Part shown: in pieces, positions 54,871 to 64,000 of the stretch
Position numbering within the stretch: the first letter of the stretch is position 1
Layout of the letters: each line of letters starts with the position of its first letter
NCBI GenBank assembly: GCA_963691875.1
Contig: OY829846.1
Coordinates: 2,976,001 to 3,040,000, forward strand
Direction of reading: 5' to 3'
DNA: 64,000 nucleotides
Source of the DNA: Aureliella sp.
GTDB taxonomy: Bacteria; Planctomycetota; Planctomycetia; Pirellulales; Pirellulaceae
The notes under the pieces: model-generated
The model's database searches: none
What the model saw: the letters and a program-made list of their open reading frames with translations, nothing else
Told to the model about the DNA's origin: nothing
Translations under genes and position numbers: made by a program

Positions 54871-55407
54871 ATGGATTTGAAGCTTGGATTTCTTTCTGTG
54901 CGCCAGCACACAGAGCACGGTTTTTTTGGAGGTTACCTCCTTCTGAATCACTTGGCACGACCGCTTGAGTTCCACTGCACTCTGCCAGTCAAACCAACCC
55001 GCGCACAAGCTCTGCTCTACGGCCACACCTTGAATGACTTTGTCTGCGGCGAGCAAGTTGCCAGAGCCCTAGTTCAAAAGGCTAAGGTAAAACCATCTGT
55101 AATCTTTACGGACTCTCATCCAGTGCTTGCTTTACAGCAGATCTCATCGGAGACAGTCTGTTATCTCAAGACCGATCGCGGCGTTGGTGGTCAAGAGGCA
55201 AGCGCGCTGATTCAACCCACATCGAAGCTGCCATTAGCTTCACTGCAGGCAGATCCACGATTGCAAGTGCTTGAAGATGAATCACAGCGGAAGGACGAAG
55301 CCAAAAAAATCCTGTCGCAGCTTCGTGCTGACTTCGATATGGAAGAACCTTTTCAACGAATTGTCGAAGCATTATTAGAAGCTCACCCCATCGCGCGAGC
55401 GGCGTAG
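54871..55407 (+). CDS. Hypothetical protein co-oriented with the SNF2 helicase
   Basis: GGYLLLN..RPLEFHCT.PVKP..AQ.LLYG; ends 3 nt before the helicase start. Confidence 0.8.
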   Translation: MDLKLGFLSVRQHTEHGFFGGYLLLNHLARPLEFHCTLPVKPTRAQALLYGHTLNDFVCGEQVARALVQKAKVKPSVIFTDSHPVLALQQISSETVCYLKTDRGVGGQEASALIQPTSKLPLASLQADPRLQVLEDESQRKDEAKKILSQLRADFDMEEPFQRIVEALLEAHPIARAA

Positions 55408-55410
55408 CGA

Positions 55411-57249
55411 ATGTTCTTCAGACGTAAACCACTGGATCCCGCTGCGCATGCAAGCCAGCCAGTTGACCGCGAAACAAATCCCATTCGCTTTACGGAGCTA
55501 GCGGATCTGAAGTTGCCTAAAACGCAACTCTTCAGCACCGGATGGCAAGGCCAGCTCGAGCGCAACCTAGATATTGCATTCACGGACGAGACGTCACTCA
55601 ACTCGCTCGACGTCAACTGCATTCCCATTCGCTTTCAATCGAAGCTCCCGCGTACCGTTGGCATGGTTTTTCCAGAAGGCTTCGTCTTCGTAGACGAACC
55701 TGAGAAACCAACAATGCCTGCGAGCGGGGCATCGTCGAAAACGGAGGATCCTGCTGGCGAGTCAACCTCGAAGAGCAAGAAGAAACGGAAACCCCAGACT
55801 CGGATTAAACCGCCAGCTGATTTGGTGAAGCTCGAAGATCGCTTGTTCTTTGTGCTGCAACCACCGCTCGAGACGCTTGTAGCAGGAGCCAAGCTCGAGT
55901 TTCCATTCAGCCCTTTTCCTTACCAATACGAAGGTATCGCTTTTCTCTTTCCCAGAGAAATGGCGATCTTGGCTGATGAGATGGGACTTGGGAAAACCAT
56001 GCAAGCCATCAGTACAGTTCGAATGCTGTTGCTCGCACAACAACTTCGTAAAGTGCTACTTGTCTGCCCGAAGCCCTTGGTGACCAACTGGGTCTGCGAA
56101 TTCCAGCTTTGGGCCCCAGAGATTCCTATCACCGTAGTGGAAGGTGACGCGGCCAAACGAAAATTCATTTGGGGACAAAATGAAGCACCGGTACGGATTG
56201 CCAATTACGAAGTACTGATGCGAGACCAATGGATCTTGGATGATCCTGATTTGCACTTTGACTTGGTCGTCCTCGACGAAGCGCAGCGAATCAAGAATCG
56301 GAACTCGACTACCGCTCAAATCGTGCGTGCCTTGCCGAGAAGTCGCTCTTGGGCTTTGACGGGTACACCGATCGAGAACTCGGTGGAAGACTTGGTCAAT
56401 ATCTTCGAGTTCTTATCGCCTGGCTACCTGCGCACCGAGATGAACCTCAAAACTATTGGCAAAGCAACGCGAGACCACATCCTGCGACGCACCAAAGACA
56501 AAGTGTTGACCGAGATGCCGCCCAAGATGTTCCGAGATGAGCAATTAGAGCTGACGCCTGCTCAGTACGATAGCTATCGCTGTGCGGAAGACGAGGGAAT
56601 CGTACAGCTGGAAGACATGGGCGAGATGCTAACGATCCAACATGTCTTTGAGCTTGTCCTGCGATTAAAACAAATCTGCAACTTTGACCCGGCGACGGGT
56701 TCCAGCTGCAAACTTCAGCAGTTGGAAGCAGATATGGAAGAAATCGCTGCCAGTGGTAAAAAGGCGATTATCTTTAGCCAATGGGTGGAAACGCTTGATC
56801 AAATTGCTGCACCACTAGATCGCTTTGGCCCGATGCAGTACCACGGACGGATTCCATCCAAGCAACGTGATGGAGTGATTCAGCAGTTCAAGGAAGATCC
56901 CAGCAAGCACTTGATCTTGATGAGCTACGGCGCCGGCAGTGTGGGGCTGAATCTCCAGTTCTGCGAGTATGTTTTTCTGTTCGACCGCTGGTGGAACCCT
57001 GCCGTGGAAGACCAGGCCGTCAATCGAGCTCATCGCATCGGCGCCGCAGGTCCTGTTACCGTCACTCGTATGATGGCTGCGGACACGATCGAGCAACGTA
57101 TCCACGACGTGCTCGAAGAGAAACGTGCACTCTTCAATCAGCTCTTTGCCGAAACGGGTGGCACACCGAAAAGTGCCGGACTAAGCCAAGACGAAATCTT
57201 TGGCTTGTTCGATCTCAAAACGCCGCGAGCCAAGAAGAACGCCGCCTAG
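55411..57249 (+). CDS. SNF2-family (SF2) helicase/ATPase
   Basis: ILADEMGLGKT, DEAQRIKN, LTGTPIEN, GLNL and WWNPAVEDQAVNRAHRIG. Confidence 0.95.
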   Translation: MFFRRKPLDPAAHASQPVDRETNPIRFTELADLKLPKTQLFSTGWQGQLERNLDIAFTDETSLNSLDVNCIPIRFQSKLPRTVGMVFPEGFVFVDEPEKPTMPASGASSKTEDPAGESTSKSKKKRKPQTRIKPPADLVKLEDRLFFVLQPPLETLVAGAKLEFPFSPFPYQYEGIAFLFPREMAILADEMGLGKTMQAISTVRMLLLAQQLRKVLLVCPKPLVTNWVCEFQLWAPEIPITVVEGDAAKRKFIWGQNEAPVRIANYEVLMRDQWILDDPDLHFDLVVLDEAQRIKNRNSTTAQIVRALPRSRSWALTGTPIENSVEDLVNIFEFLSPGYLRTEMNLKTIGKATRDHILRRTKDKVLTEMPPKMFRDEQLELTPAQYDSYRCAEDEGIVQLEDMGEMLTIQHVFELVLRLKQICNFDPATGSSCKLQQLEADMEEIAASGKKAIIFSQWVETLDQIAAPLDRFGPMQYHGRIPSKQRDGVIQQFKEDPSKHLILMSYGAGSVGLNLQFCEYVFLFDRWWNPAVEDQAVNRAHRIGAAGPVTVTRMMAADTIEQRIHDVLEEKRALFNQLFAETGGTPKSAGLSQDEIFGLFDLKTPRAKKNAA

Positions 57250-57388
57250 TCAATTCCGCCCGAACGATTTCTACATCGGAGGTCGTCAAGATCTTTGACA
57301 CTTAAGAGAATGAACTCTCCACGAGATTCGCTCAGCGCAGCGTGAACCAACGGTTCCTTGCGTCTTAAACCAGCGCCGCACACTGAAC

Positions 57389-57770
57389 TCATTCCATTCT
57401 AAGTTCATTCATTTGCTTCTCACATAACCTCTCATCCTCGGATTCAAAGCAGCAGAACGTCACACTTTGCGGAATCTCATGCGACTCGAGCCAGTTTAGA
57501 ACTGTCGCGACCGCGATTTCACACGCAGGTGCCGATGGGAAGCCGTAAACTCCTGTTGAAATACACGGAAAGGCTATGCTCTGAATCTTGTGCTTCAGTG
57601 CCAGCTGTAGAGCGGATTCGTAGGCGCTGGCCAGCTCACGACCGCTTCTGGCTAGATCATTAAAGACTGGTCCCACCGCGTGAATTATTTGCGGCGGTCA
57701 CAATCGCCTCGCAATCGAGCGAACTAATGTTACCGCGAAAAAGCCGGATACGAGAAGCAAGGGAATTCAT
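57389..57770 (-). pseudogene. Macrodomain (YmdB-like ADP-ribose hydrolase) with an internal deletion and frameshift
   Basis: N-part GNISSLDCEAIVTAAN is joined out of frame to IIHAVGPVF...SAYESAL..SIAFPCISTGVYGFP; the GGGVxGAI segment is absent. Confidence 0.85.
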
Positions 57771-57795
57771 GCTTTCTAGTTCCAAACGCTGCAAG

Positions 57796-58716
57796 TTAGC
57801 GGAGTTTCCGGCGAAAGCTTTTTGCACTTTCTTGCAGAGCAGCCGGAAGCTTGGATCGCAAGTACTGGCCAGAACCAAACCATTCATCGGGTTCGTGAAT
57901 AACGAGCACACTTTCGATCAGCCATTGGTCGGGCTCGAGGCCAGTGGGAGTGACGCTCATCTTCCCCCCCATTCCTTGATAAGGCTGTGTTTCGCCCTCG
58001 ACAATTCGACCGAGCTTGTTGGTCGTGAGCTTACTCCAGCGATTGTGATACTCGCCGGAGTCTTGGTTGAATCGGCTATCGACTCCCCATGTCAGCTGGA
58101 AGACGTCGTCGGCTCGAGAATTCTCAGCGACAAGCACAGCTCGAATCAGAACTTTCTTCAGTAGTGGAAGTTCGATCCAAAGATATTGCTTGCTCTTATC
58201 GTCCGTATCGAACTTGCCTTCGTCGAGCAGCTTGAGCGCGAGCTGATCGAGCTTGCGTTTGGGGTCGTCAGGAGCCTTTGGCTTTCCGAAGCTCGACTCC
58301 ATCAGGTCGCGGTTTTCAAGCTTCTCGCGGCTGCAATAAATGACGTACGAAGAAAGAATGCGGTAGCCAGTTCGCTGCCCGTTGGCATCTATTAACTCTT
58401 CCACTTCTATGCGGACGGACGCGTTGATGCTCTTCGCAGAGAACCGCTTCCAGCCAACCTTGCCGGCGATGTTTTCTAGTATCGCTTCTTTCTCGGCCAG
58501 AGATGCTTGCACATTCAGCTTGGGCTCTGGCAGCACCACGAATTGAGCACCTGGAAACTCGATCATTTGCGGCCGAATGACGAGTGGCTCGTAGTCTTGC
58601 GCTTGCAGCCGAGTTTGCGCCACGATGAAACAAAGACCAATGCTAGCAATGCTGAAAAACTTGGCGACTCGCCGGATTACAGGTCGGTTAGACACAGAGC
58701 CAGATTGGCCGGGCAT
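57796..58716 (-). CDS. Secreted hypothetical protein
   Basis: Hydrophobic N-region; C-terminal HEPDEWF...LRSKL; start uncertain. Confidence 0.7.
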   Translation of the reverse strand: MPGQSGSVSNRPVIRRVAKFFSIASIGLCFIVAQTRLQAQDYEPLVIRPQMIEFPGAQFVVLPEPKLNVQASLAEKEAILENIAGKVGWKRFSAKSINASVRIEVEELIDANGQRTGYRILSSYVIYCSREKLENRDLMESSFGKPKAPDDPKRKLDQLALKLLDEGKFDTDDKSKQYLWIELPLLKKVLIRAVLVAENSRADDVFQLTWGVDSRFNQDSGEYHNRWSKLTTNKLGRIVEGETQPYQGMGGKMSVTPTGLEPDQWLIESVLVIHEPDEWFGSGQYLRSKLPAALQESAKSFRRKLR

Positions 58717-58813
58717 CAGTGAATCTTTCGAAAAGAATGAAACTTGTCTCGTTGAGGGTGTGAAGAATGCCGATAAAGACGAGGAAGCGTTTATCCTTAG
58801 TCGAGGCATTCCG

Positions 58814-59257
58814 ATGCTAGTTCAGACATCACGGTTCGGGCAGGTACAATCCAGCCAAGAGGAAGTCATCATCTTTCCTAAGGGATTGATTGGTTTCGAA
58901 TCGGTCCGCCATTGGATCATTGTACCGGATCCAATGAGCGATGACGTTGCGTGGATTCAGTCCATTGCTGAAGAGCAGGTTGCATTACCGATCATCAGTC
59001 CACGCAAGTTTGCCCCTGACTACAAGGTTTGCATTTCCAATCGCCAGCTCAGCGACTTGCACATTAGGCGTACGGATCAGATCTACGTGTTCAGTGTCGT
59101 AAGCAAATCCGGCAAGTCGCTAACGATGAACTTGCGTAGCCCGGTCGTGATCAATTTAACCAAGCGACTCGCTTGCCAAGTGATATCATCTGAGAATCTA
59201 CCGATCGCCGTGCCTCTGGATCTAAATACCTTGCAGACACTGAAGGTCGCAGCCTAG
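58814..59257 (+). CDS. fliW: Flagellar assembly factor FliW (CsrA antagonist)
   Basis: TSRFG, IIFPKGLIGFE, WIQS and TMNLRSPVVIN. Confidence 0.9.
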   Translation: MLVQTSRFGQVQSSQEEVIIFPKGLIGFESVRHWIIVPDPMSDDVAWIQSIAEEQVALPIISPRKFAPDYKVCISNRQLSDLHIRRTDQIYVFSVVSKSGKSLTMNLRSPVVINLTKRLACQVISSENLPIAVPLDLNTLQTLKVAA

Positions 59258-59865
59258 ACCATCGCAAGGGCTTCAAGAGCGTGCGGACGTCGTCAGAAAC
59301 CTTAGCAATATCCGATGAGTTCACGTGCCCTCGGGCAGAGCTCCCTAGCAAGTGCTGCCTCAGCTCAATAGTGCGACGGCGACCTGCGGCCTCCTATTAC
59401 AAATCGCTCTCTACCGCCTTGCTTCACGCGTAAAGAAAAGTGCTCGATCGTGTTGAGTCTCGGCAGCAACTTTTAATCCCCTGGCTCTCGGCCGAACAAC
59501 ATTCGCTCAGGTCTGACCGCGTGTCCACCGTGATGCATTCAATTCGGCGCGATCGAAGAAGTGCTTAGTAGTGCTTCAAGCCCCCTTAACTTCTCGCAGT
59601 GCGCAAGGACGCCCCAACACTTACGATTCTACCCAAAGGGGTATTTTCGCCGTGTTTTCGGGGGTAATTGCGTTTATAATGCGGGGCAATCTGGCATCCT
59701 TAAATAGCGGTGCTCTCATCTTATCTCCCCTTGCTCGTTCACAATCCCACGTAATCGGGACCATTGACGAATACGCGGGTAACCAACCTTACGGCGTCTT
59801 TTCGACCGAGCGGCTTTCCACAGGCAGTCCCTCCGAGGTCTAGCGCCCTTCCCTAGGAGTTCATA

Positions 59866-61380
59866 ATGGCAGGTCAACGTCCTCCGCGATGGCGTGGGGA
59901 TCGTTCCGGAAATCGTTCTGCAGGTTCTTCAGGCGGAGCAAACCGCGGTGGAGGACATCGTGGCGGCGGTCGTAGGCGCCCGCACCAAGATCCCGAAGTG
60001 GAACAACGTATCCGCGAGCTGGACTCCGATCGTGAACCCATGTCCTTGGCCGAGGAAATTTCCAGCGAAGGTGCCAAGGTAGGTCGTGATGTAGAGAGCG
60101 CCTCGCGCGTAAATGAGCAAGTTTCGACCTTCGCCGAATTGCAGGGAATGTCTGAAGATGAGTTGGCGGCCGCCGCTGACCAAGAGCAGGTCGAAGCATC
60201 CGGGCTCGATAAGCGTGATCTCATATTTCAGATTTTAAAGGCTCGGCTCAAGACTAACGGACTGATGTTTGGCGAAGGAACTTTAGAGATCCTGCCGGAC
60301 GGTTTTGGCTTCTTGCGAAGCGCCAGACACCACTACGTGTCCTGCCCAGATGACATCTATGTTTCCCCCAGTCAAATACGCCGCTTTGGACTCCAAACCG
60401 GATCGCATGTTGCAGGTCAAATACGTCCACCCAAGGAAAACGAACGCTACTTCGCCTTGCTTCGCGTCGAAGCCATCAACTTCCACGATCCCGATTCACG
60501 GCATCGACGAACTGGATTCGACGATCTGACAGCTCTTCATCCAGACGAACGTATCGTGATGGAGACAGAATCCGAGACTGTCGAGACACGCGTCGTAGAT
60601 ATGATCACTCCCATCGGCTTCGGCCAACGTGGCCTGATCGTCAGTCCTCCTCGCGCGGGCAAGACGATTCTGATGCAGAAGATGGCTCGTTCCGTCCTCG
60701 CCAACTACCCCAACGCATACGTGGTGATACTGCTTATCGACGAGCGGCCTGAAGAAGTCACGGATATGGAGCGCGAGGTACGCGGGCCGAACTGCGAAGT
60801 CGTCAGCAGTACTTTTGATGAACCTGCGTCCCGTCACATTCAAGTCGCCAACATGGTGCTCGAAAAGGCCAAACGCATGGTCGAGTACGGTGTGGATGTC
60901 ATCATCTTCCTCGACAGCATCACTCGCTTTGCAAGAGCTTGGAATAGTGAGTGCCCACAGAGTGGCAAGCTGCTTACAGGTGGCTTGGATGCGAACGCCC
61001 TGCAAAAACCCAAGTCTTTCTTTGGCTCCGCTCGCAAAATCGAAGAAGGCGGCTCGCTGACGATTCTCGCGACGGCCCTGGTTGACACCGGCAGTCGGAT
61101 GGATGAGGTGATCTTTGAAGAATTCAAAGGCACCGGTAACTTGGAAATCATGCTCGATCGCAGTCTTGTCGATCGACGCGTATGGCCCGCGATTGACATC
61201 AACGCCAGCGGGACGCGTCGCGAAGAGATCTTGATGGACGAAGATGAGCACAAGCGTGTATCGGCACTGCGTCGCGTGCTGGGGGAAATGAATCCACCCG
61301 ACGCGATGGAGAAGCTCACCATGCAACTGAAGAAAACGAAGACAAACGCAGAATTTCTCATGGGACTCAAGGTGGAATAG
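59866..61380 (+). CDS. rho: Transcription termination factor Rho
   Basis: [46 protein letters not shown] and [14 protein letters not shown] Shine-Dalgarno sequence. Confidence 0.99.
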   Translation: MAGQRPPRWRGDRSGNRSAGSSGGANRGGGHRGGGRRRPHQDPEVEQRIRELDSDREPMSLAEEISSEGAKVGRDVESASRVNEQVSTFAELQGMSEDELAAAADQEQVEASGLDKRDLIFQILKARLKTNGLMFGEGTLEILPDGFGFLRSARHHYVSCPDDIYVSPSQIRRFGLQTGSHVAGQIRPPKENERYFALLRVEAINFHDPDSRHRRTGFDDLTALHPDERIVMETESETVETRVVDMITPIGFGQRGLIVSPPRAGKTILMQKMARSVLANYPNAYVVILLIDERPEEVTDMEREVRGPNCEVVSSTFDEPASRHIQVANMVLEKAKRMVEYGVDVIIFLDSITRFARAWNSECPQSGKLLTGGLDANALQKPKSFFGSARKIEEGGSLTILATALVDTGSRMDEVIFEEFKGTGNLEIMLDRSLVDRRVWPAIDINASGTRREEILMDEDEHKRVSALRRVLGEMNPPDAMEKLTMQLKKTKTNAEFLMGLKVE

Positions 61381-61796
61381 TGCCCGAACAGATTGGCATC
61401 GTTGTTTCAACTTACAACTCCAATATCACCAACCGTTTGCTGGAGGGCGCTAAGGAAACTCTGGCGAAGGCAGATTGGAGTTTTGAAGTCACCCAAGTCC
61501 CTGGGGCTTGGGAATTACCACTCGCTGCAACTTGGTTTGCAGAGAAATCTGAGGTAGCCGGAGTCGTGACTCTTGGCGCCGTGATTCGCGGTGAGACCAC
61601 GCACGACCAGCACATCAACCGAGCGGTCAGCAACGCTTTGATGGACCTGATGGTTCGTACCGGCAAGCCAATCGGATTTGGCCTACTGACCTGCAACACC
61701 TTGGAGCAGGCCATTCACCGAGCGGGCGGCAACGTCGGAAACAAAGGCGTCGAAACCGCCGAAGCCGTCCTGGCTATGCTTGCTGCTAAGCATTGA
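61380..61796 (+). CDS. ribH: 6,7-dimethyl-8-ribityllumazine synthase
   Basis: [26 protein letters not shown] and GNKGVETA; the GTG start overlaps the rho stop. Confidence 0.96.
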   Translation: MPEQIGIVVSTYNSNITNRLLEGAKETLAKADWSFEVTQVPGAWELPLAATWFAEKSEVAGVVTLGAVIRGETTHDQHINRAVSNALMDLMVRTGKPIGFGLLTCNTLEQAIHRAGGNVGNKGVETAEAVLAMLAAKH

Positions 61797-61897
61797 GTGT
61801 TGATTGCGGAACCAGCCGTGACGGTTCATCGCTGATCGCTCCACCGATCTTAGGGTAAGCCACCTGAACCAATTTGCGGCTGCCGAGCTTGATATCA

Positions 61898-63454
61898 TCA
61901 GTCTGCAGCTACCGAACCATCTGCTGCGCCGCTCGCCGCCAAGCCGCGCCAAAAACGAGCCCCCACTTGAAACAACCAGCCACGCGCTGAATCCGGCTTC
62001 TCCTCACTGGAACAAGAATTCATTTCAGTGACAGATGCTTCAGCAACTACCGGCCCGTCTTCGACCATTCTGTCCCGGCGCTCATCGCTCCTCAAATGAT
62101 TGCTTTCCAAGCGATCCAACGGGCTGCAAACCTCCGCTTTGTCGTCTAAAAGCACGTGAGTATAAATCATCGTAGTGGATACATCTTTGTGCCCCAACAG
62201 CTGCTGGATCGTGCGAATATCAGTGCCTGACGCTAGCAGATGGGTTGCAAACGAGTGGCGTAAAGTATGGCTGGTCGCATACTTTCGGACTTCCGCCAAA
62301 CGAAGCGCCATCCGGAATTTCTCAGAAAACGTTTCCCCATGAATGTGATGTCGATGCCATTTTCCAGAACGCGGATCTTGGCTCATCCGAGAAGAACAAA
62401 ATAAGAATTGCCATTTGAACTCTACAGCGGCATTGCTGTACTTCTCGGCTAATGCTTCAGGCAACCAGACACTCGCAACCCCTTTCTCGACATCCATATC
62501 GTGTAACACCCGGCGGCTTGCGATTTCGCGTTGTAGCAACTTGACGAGGCGCCGTGGCATAGCAACATATCGACTCTTGTTTCCCTTGCTGCTGAAGATA
62601 CGGATGCGTAGCGCATCAAAATCAAAATCCATGACTCTCAGACGCAGGCATTCGCCAAGTCGCAATCCACAACCATACAGCAACATCGCCATCGAAAGAT
62701 AGCGACCAGTCATCTGGGAAAAGACACGTTCGATCTCTTGCTCACTCATGACTGTCGGCACCAACTTGGGCTTGTCGGCACGTAGGGCATCGATGTTTCC
62801 AAGCGGTCGTTCTAGAACGCAATCGAACAGCATCTTTAAACCAAAAAAGGCCTGATCCTGAGTCGAAGCCGCAACGTTGCCGTCGACCGCTAGGTCGGTC
62901 AAGAAGGCTTCGACACTTGCGCCCGTCACACTGTCAAAGTCCACTTGGCACTTTAGTCCGCGGGCTCGCATGAAACGCTTGACCCACTTTACATAAGCTT
63001 TCTCTGTGTTGTACTTCTTCCCCATCAACCGCATCTTGCGACGCATCAGTTGGATAATGTCCGGCTCTCGCTTGGGAATGGGCGGACGGGCTTCTTCGAT
63101 GGATCGCCGAAAAACTTGGCCTGGTTCGGTGTTCTCAATACCTTTCGCCTCTTTGTGCTTCAGCTCTTGCAACTTGCTTCGAAGTGGCTCAAGAAAAGGC
63201 TTCATGCTTCGAAAGTGTTGATTTCGATACAGGATCAACGCTTCCACAATCTTCAAGCGTTTCCAGGCTGGCATACCGCCGTCACGCTTGGACTGCAGGA
63301 ACCGGATCACTTCATGAGCGGTGAACTTCCAGTCTTTTTCGTCCCGTTTTCCGTGGAACTTCGCTAATTTACGAAACCAAATATCCGCCCAATCTTGTCG
63401 GGTCGGCTTCTGAATCTCACTCTCGACACTCAGGTTCTGCGAAGTGTGATGCAT
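61898..63454 (-). CDS. intI: Integron integrase (tyrosine recombinase) with long N- and C-terminal extensions
   Basis: [24 protein letters not shown] and [16 protein letters not shown], plus the integron-specific insertion [25 protein letters not shown]. Confidence 0.95.
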   Translation of the reverse strand: MHHTSQNLSVESEIQKPTRQDWADIWFRKLAKFHGKRDEKDWKFTAHEVIRFLQSKRDGGMPAWKRLKIVEALILYRNQHFRSMKPFLEPLRSKLQELKHKEAKGIENTEPGQVFRRSIEEARPPIPKREPDIIQLMRRKMRLMGKKYNTEKAYVKWVKRFMRARGLKCQVDFDSVTGASVEAFLTDLAVDGNVAASTQDQAFFGLKMLFDCVLERPLGNIDALRADKPKLVPTVMSEQEIERVFSQMTGRYLSMAMLLYGCGLRLGECLRLRVMDFDFDALRIRIFSSKGNKSRYVAMPRRLVKLLQREIASRRVLHDMDVEKGVASVWLPEALAEKYSNAAVEFKWQFLFCSSRMSQDPRSGKWHRHHIHGETFSEKFRMALRLAEVRKYATSHTLRHSFATHLLASGTDIRTIQQLLGHKDVSTTMIYTHVLLDDKAEVCSPLDRLESNHLRSDERRDRMVEDGPVVAEASVTEMNSCSSEEKPDSARGWLFQVGARFWRGLAASGAADGSVAAD

Positions 63455-63788
63455 GCTGAACGCTCCGAATCAAAAGATGGAAAAGCGCGGACTTTTTGTT
63501 ACTGTGAAGTCTCTTAGTCTTGAGCAACTGCGTCAACCAGACACCCCTCTACAGGGTTCTTCAGCCCTCCCCCGGTGCTGGCCAACTTTGCATTCCAGCT
63601 GTTTGCGCGTTAGCCGCCGTTGTTAGCGAGAGCAGCTCCACGCAATCGATGCGGTGTAGTTCAGTTCATTCGAAAATTTGATTAGGCCGTAGGGCTAATC
63701 AAAGAGTTTTGCCTGCGAGCTTACGCCGCTAGCCGCGGGCCTGCATTTTTTTGGTTCAGCCCGGCGCTAATCTCCGTTCAACTTGCTA

Positions 63789-63880
63789 CACCGGGATAAG
63801 TCGGGTAACCTCACGGTAATAAGTAACAAAATAAGTCATATCCTCAGGCACCACCGGGGATAATAAAGAGTTACCCGACT
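63789..63880 (+). mobile_element. Putative attI recombination site of the integron (crossover G|TT at 63870/63871)
   Basis: Divergent from intI; GATAAT-AAAGA-GTTACCC core 16 nt before a promoterless ORF; direct repeat CACCGGG(G)ATAA at 63789 and 63852. Confidence 0.65.
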
Positions 63881-63885
63881 GAATC

Positions 63886-64000
63886 ATGGGACTTGACGCT
63901 GTTGAAATCGTAATGGATGTCGAAGACCACTTTGGCATTTCAATCCAGAATGCGGAGGCGGAGCGCGTTCGCACCGTCGGCGATCTTGTCGCGTTGATTG
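63886..64000 (+). CDS. First integron cassette ORF (3' truncated): acyl-carrier-protein-like N-terminus
   Basis: MGLDAVEIVMDVEDHFGISIQNAEAERVRTVGDLVALI aligns by eye to ACP helices II-IV; not in the ORF track. Confidence 0.8.
   Translation, partial: MGLDAVEIVMDVEDHFGISIQNAEAERVRTVGDLVALI

Noticed and set aside
58625..58813. Extended N-terminus of FliW overlapping the divergent gene
   Set aside because: FliW similarity starts at MLVQTSRFG (58814); the extension is an ORF-calling artefact.
60496..61410. 304-aa antisense ORF over rho
   Set aside because: It is the codon-bias shadow of a highly conserved gene and shows no protein motifs.
63455..63600. LexA box in the intI promoter
   Set aside because: No CTGT-N8-ACAG match was seen, and I cannot state the LexA motif for this lineage.

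Overview
The window is chromosomal DNA from a planctomycete, probably Pirellulaceae-like. That assignment is inferred from the planctomycete-type 'LESR' leader on the RTX protein, the sulfatases, the ECF/anti-sigma pair and the GTAG-type REP palindromes. Most of it is housekeeping or accessory genes: a partial NtrC-family activator, mutL, a prolyl oligopeptidase, rpe/phosphatase-like/accD/kinase, a GT9 transferase, an FHA-GAF-PP2C phosphatase, argS, two sulfatases, gmd, pyc, cysD-cysNC, rsmG, groES-groEL, an ECF sigma with anti-sigma, an RTX-repeat protein, an M28 peptidase, a LysM L,D-transpeptidase, a SNF2 helicase, fliW, rho and ribH. Several features are absent from or not explained by the ORF track. 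(1) A 75-aa SelW/Rdx-family selenoprotein gene (28019-28246, minus) has a CxxU motif, an in-frame TGA and a SECIS-like hairpin. (2) The right end holds an integron: a long IntI integrase, a repetitive attI-like region and the start of a first cassette encoding a half acyl-carrier protein that lacks the phosphopantetheine serine. (3) A sigma54 promoter in front of groES is followed by a ~300-nt structured leader that starts at the predicted +1. (4) accD is flanked by a catalytically dead histidine phosphatase and a kinase with a tyrosine-kinase-like catalytic loop. (5) Several genes are decayed: two adjacent ORFs each broken by one in-frame TGA, a macrodomain with a microhomology-type deletion, an S9 hydrolase remnant and an ECF sigma remnant. 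No rRNA, tRNA or CRISPR array was seen. All calls come from reading motifs by eye; no database search was run.
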